A stretch of 63,319 bases of DNA, the filler included, from Basidioascus undulatus (lineage: Eukaryota), in NCBI GenBank assembly GCA_000826855.1. It is 12 parts of 12 records of this genome, joined end to end, with 100 filler letters (N's around TTAATTAATTAA, not from the genome) between each part and the next. Parts side by side here need not be neighbours in the genome. Positions count along the whole stretch, not along the records: positions 59,901 to 63,319 come from JTLS01002421.1; 11 more parts are not named here. The stretch is one strand, 5' to 3'. Below the pieces are notes generated by a model. It searched no databases, was not told the DNA's origin, and saw only the letters and a program-made list of their open reading frames with translations. Made by a program: the position numbers and the translations under genes. Below, piece by piece: positions 61,843-63,319 of the stretch (its first letter is position 1; each line of letters begins with the position of its first letter).

Positions 61843-63057
61843 AAAAGATGTCCGACAACATCCACAACGACACGACGATGCGCGACCTCGACGCCGACTT
61901 CGCCGCTTTCAAAACGCTCCTTGAGGAGAACGGCAAGGGGATCGGTACGTCTTTTCCACCGAGCGTGAATGAGCCCACCTAAACTGATGTTTTTTGAGCA
62001 GAGTCGTCCGACGACCCGATCCTCTTCTCGCCCGCTCCCGCGACCGCCAGCGGTAGCAGCGGGGCGCAGACGTTTGCGCAGCTGTTCAACTCCCCTGAGC
62101 TCGACGCCTTCCTTTCTCCTGCATTTTCTTCTGCCGACCCCTCTCCCGAATTCTCCCCGGCGCTCTCCGACTTCTCGCCCTCCTGGCCCTCGACCTCGCC
62201 GGATGCCTGGGCGACGATGACGCCGAATCTCCTTGACGCCTCGCCCGCGCTCTTCCCGATCGACGCCGCGGACGAGATGCTCACCGGCATCCCTCTCTTT
62301 GGCAAGCCGGCTGGAGGCGCTATCGCCTACGTCGATCCCGAGGCGGGAATCAGCAAGATCCCCAGCGACGAGGTCTACGCGGGCTTTACAAGCCTCTTCG
62401 CCGACCTGTCCAGCACCAAAAAAGCTGCCGAGCGTGCCTCGGACGCCCTCCGCCGTTCGCCTGTGGCGTCTGCCGTCGACTCGACGCCCGCGCTGTCGCC
62501 GACGCAGCTTACCTCGCCCTCTCCCGAGTTCGCCGTTCCCGACCTCCCGGCGTCCCGGCCCGCCTCTGCCGCTGTGGGCATCGCCAAGCCTCCTTCCGTC
62601 TCGTCGGCGTCGGGTCGCATCCGTCCTACTGGCACGCGCCGCTCGTCCACTCCGGCCTTGTCCCACGACGCTCCGATCCAGCCGCGCAACTACGCTACCC
62701 CGTCGGCGACCAGTCGCAAAGTCGTGCCGGCAGCGTTCGAGGCCAAGCTCCGGAACAGCCCGAACATGAACGGCAAGCGCGACGCTGAGACCGCCGAGCT
62801 CCCGGAAGAGGTCGCCGAAGCGATCGAGGCCAAGCGACGGATGGTGCGTCGATTCGTTTGTTTTGTGAGATGTGGCGGCACAGCTGAATCATATTTGGGT
62901 CCCACAGAACACTCTTGCTGCGCGAAAGTCTCGCGAGAGGAAGCGCGAGCATCTGCAGAACCTCGAGTCTTTGGTTGAGGAACTTCGGCGCGAGCGCGAC
63001 GAGTGGCGGGAGCGTGCAGAGCGTGCAGAGGCGGCTCTTGCCGCGTCCGCTCGCTAG
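61788..63057 (+). CDS. GCN4: bZIP cross-pathway control transcription factor (GCN4/CpcA homolog); start could be 61650, 61788 or 61848
   Basis: Acidic F-rich activation region; PTGTRR...DAPIQPRNYATPSATSRK; basic region AKRRM-NTLAARKSRERKREHLQNLE plus leucine zipper; two introns. Confidence 0.85.
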
Positions 63058-63319
63058 ACGTCTGCCGTTCCTCCTTTCGACGCTCCACCTTCCCCACTGT
63101 ATCATTGTCCCTCCTTTTGATGTTTAGCCCTTTCTTTTCCCTTCACCCTCCCCCTCCATCGCTGTCGTGTCGCGTCGATCCGTTGCGCCTCGCCTGATTG
63201 TCGTCTTGTCGGTCTCTTTCACACTTTGTTTCTGTGGTGTATGCAGTCCTTCTTGCTCTTCTTTTCCATGCCACGCATTCTTTCACATCACAACACTCAA
63301 CACCCCCCCTCCCGCCTGA

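Overview
Eukaryotic (basidiomycete-type fungal) genomic DNA with intron-rich genes. It is not one continuous locus. A 24.5-kb segment is followed by eleven unrelated ~3.42-3.46-kb contigs joined in descending length order by artificial N44-TTAATTAATTAA-N44 spacers. Recognisable genes are GPI10/PIG-B (fused in-frame to a Gfo/Idh/MocA oxidoreductase), two ACS/Dal5-type MFS transporters, F-box-like proteins, a GNAT acetyltransferase, eIF3i, LSG1, a LaeA-like methyltransferase, tRNA-Ala(CGC), an MBOAT2 acyltransferase, CAF16, PRA1/YIP3, YPT1/Rab1, a LAG1 ceramide synthase, an ATP-dependent DNA ligase, RRP14, CSN1 and a GCN4/CpcA bZIP with uORFs. Two signals stand out. First, an intronless, highly diverged RNA polymerase beta-subunit (RPB2-like) C-terminus sits tail-to-tail with an orphan intronless ORF (42284-43215), a candidate endogenous DNA virus or plasmid-like element. 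Second, a tRNA-Arg(ACG) has its 3' half before its 5' half (1-71), a candidate circularly permuted tRNA gene. All calls are by eye from motifs, no database searches were run, and exon boundaries are approximate.
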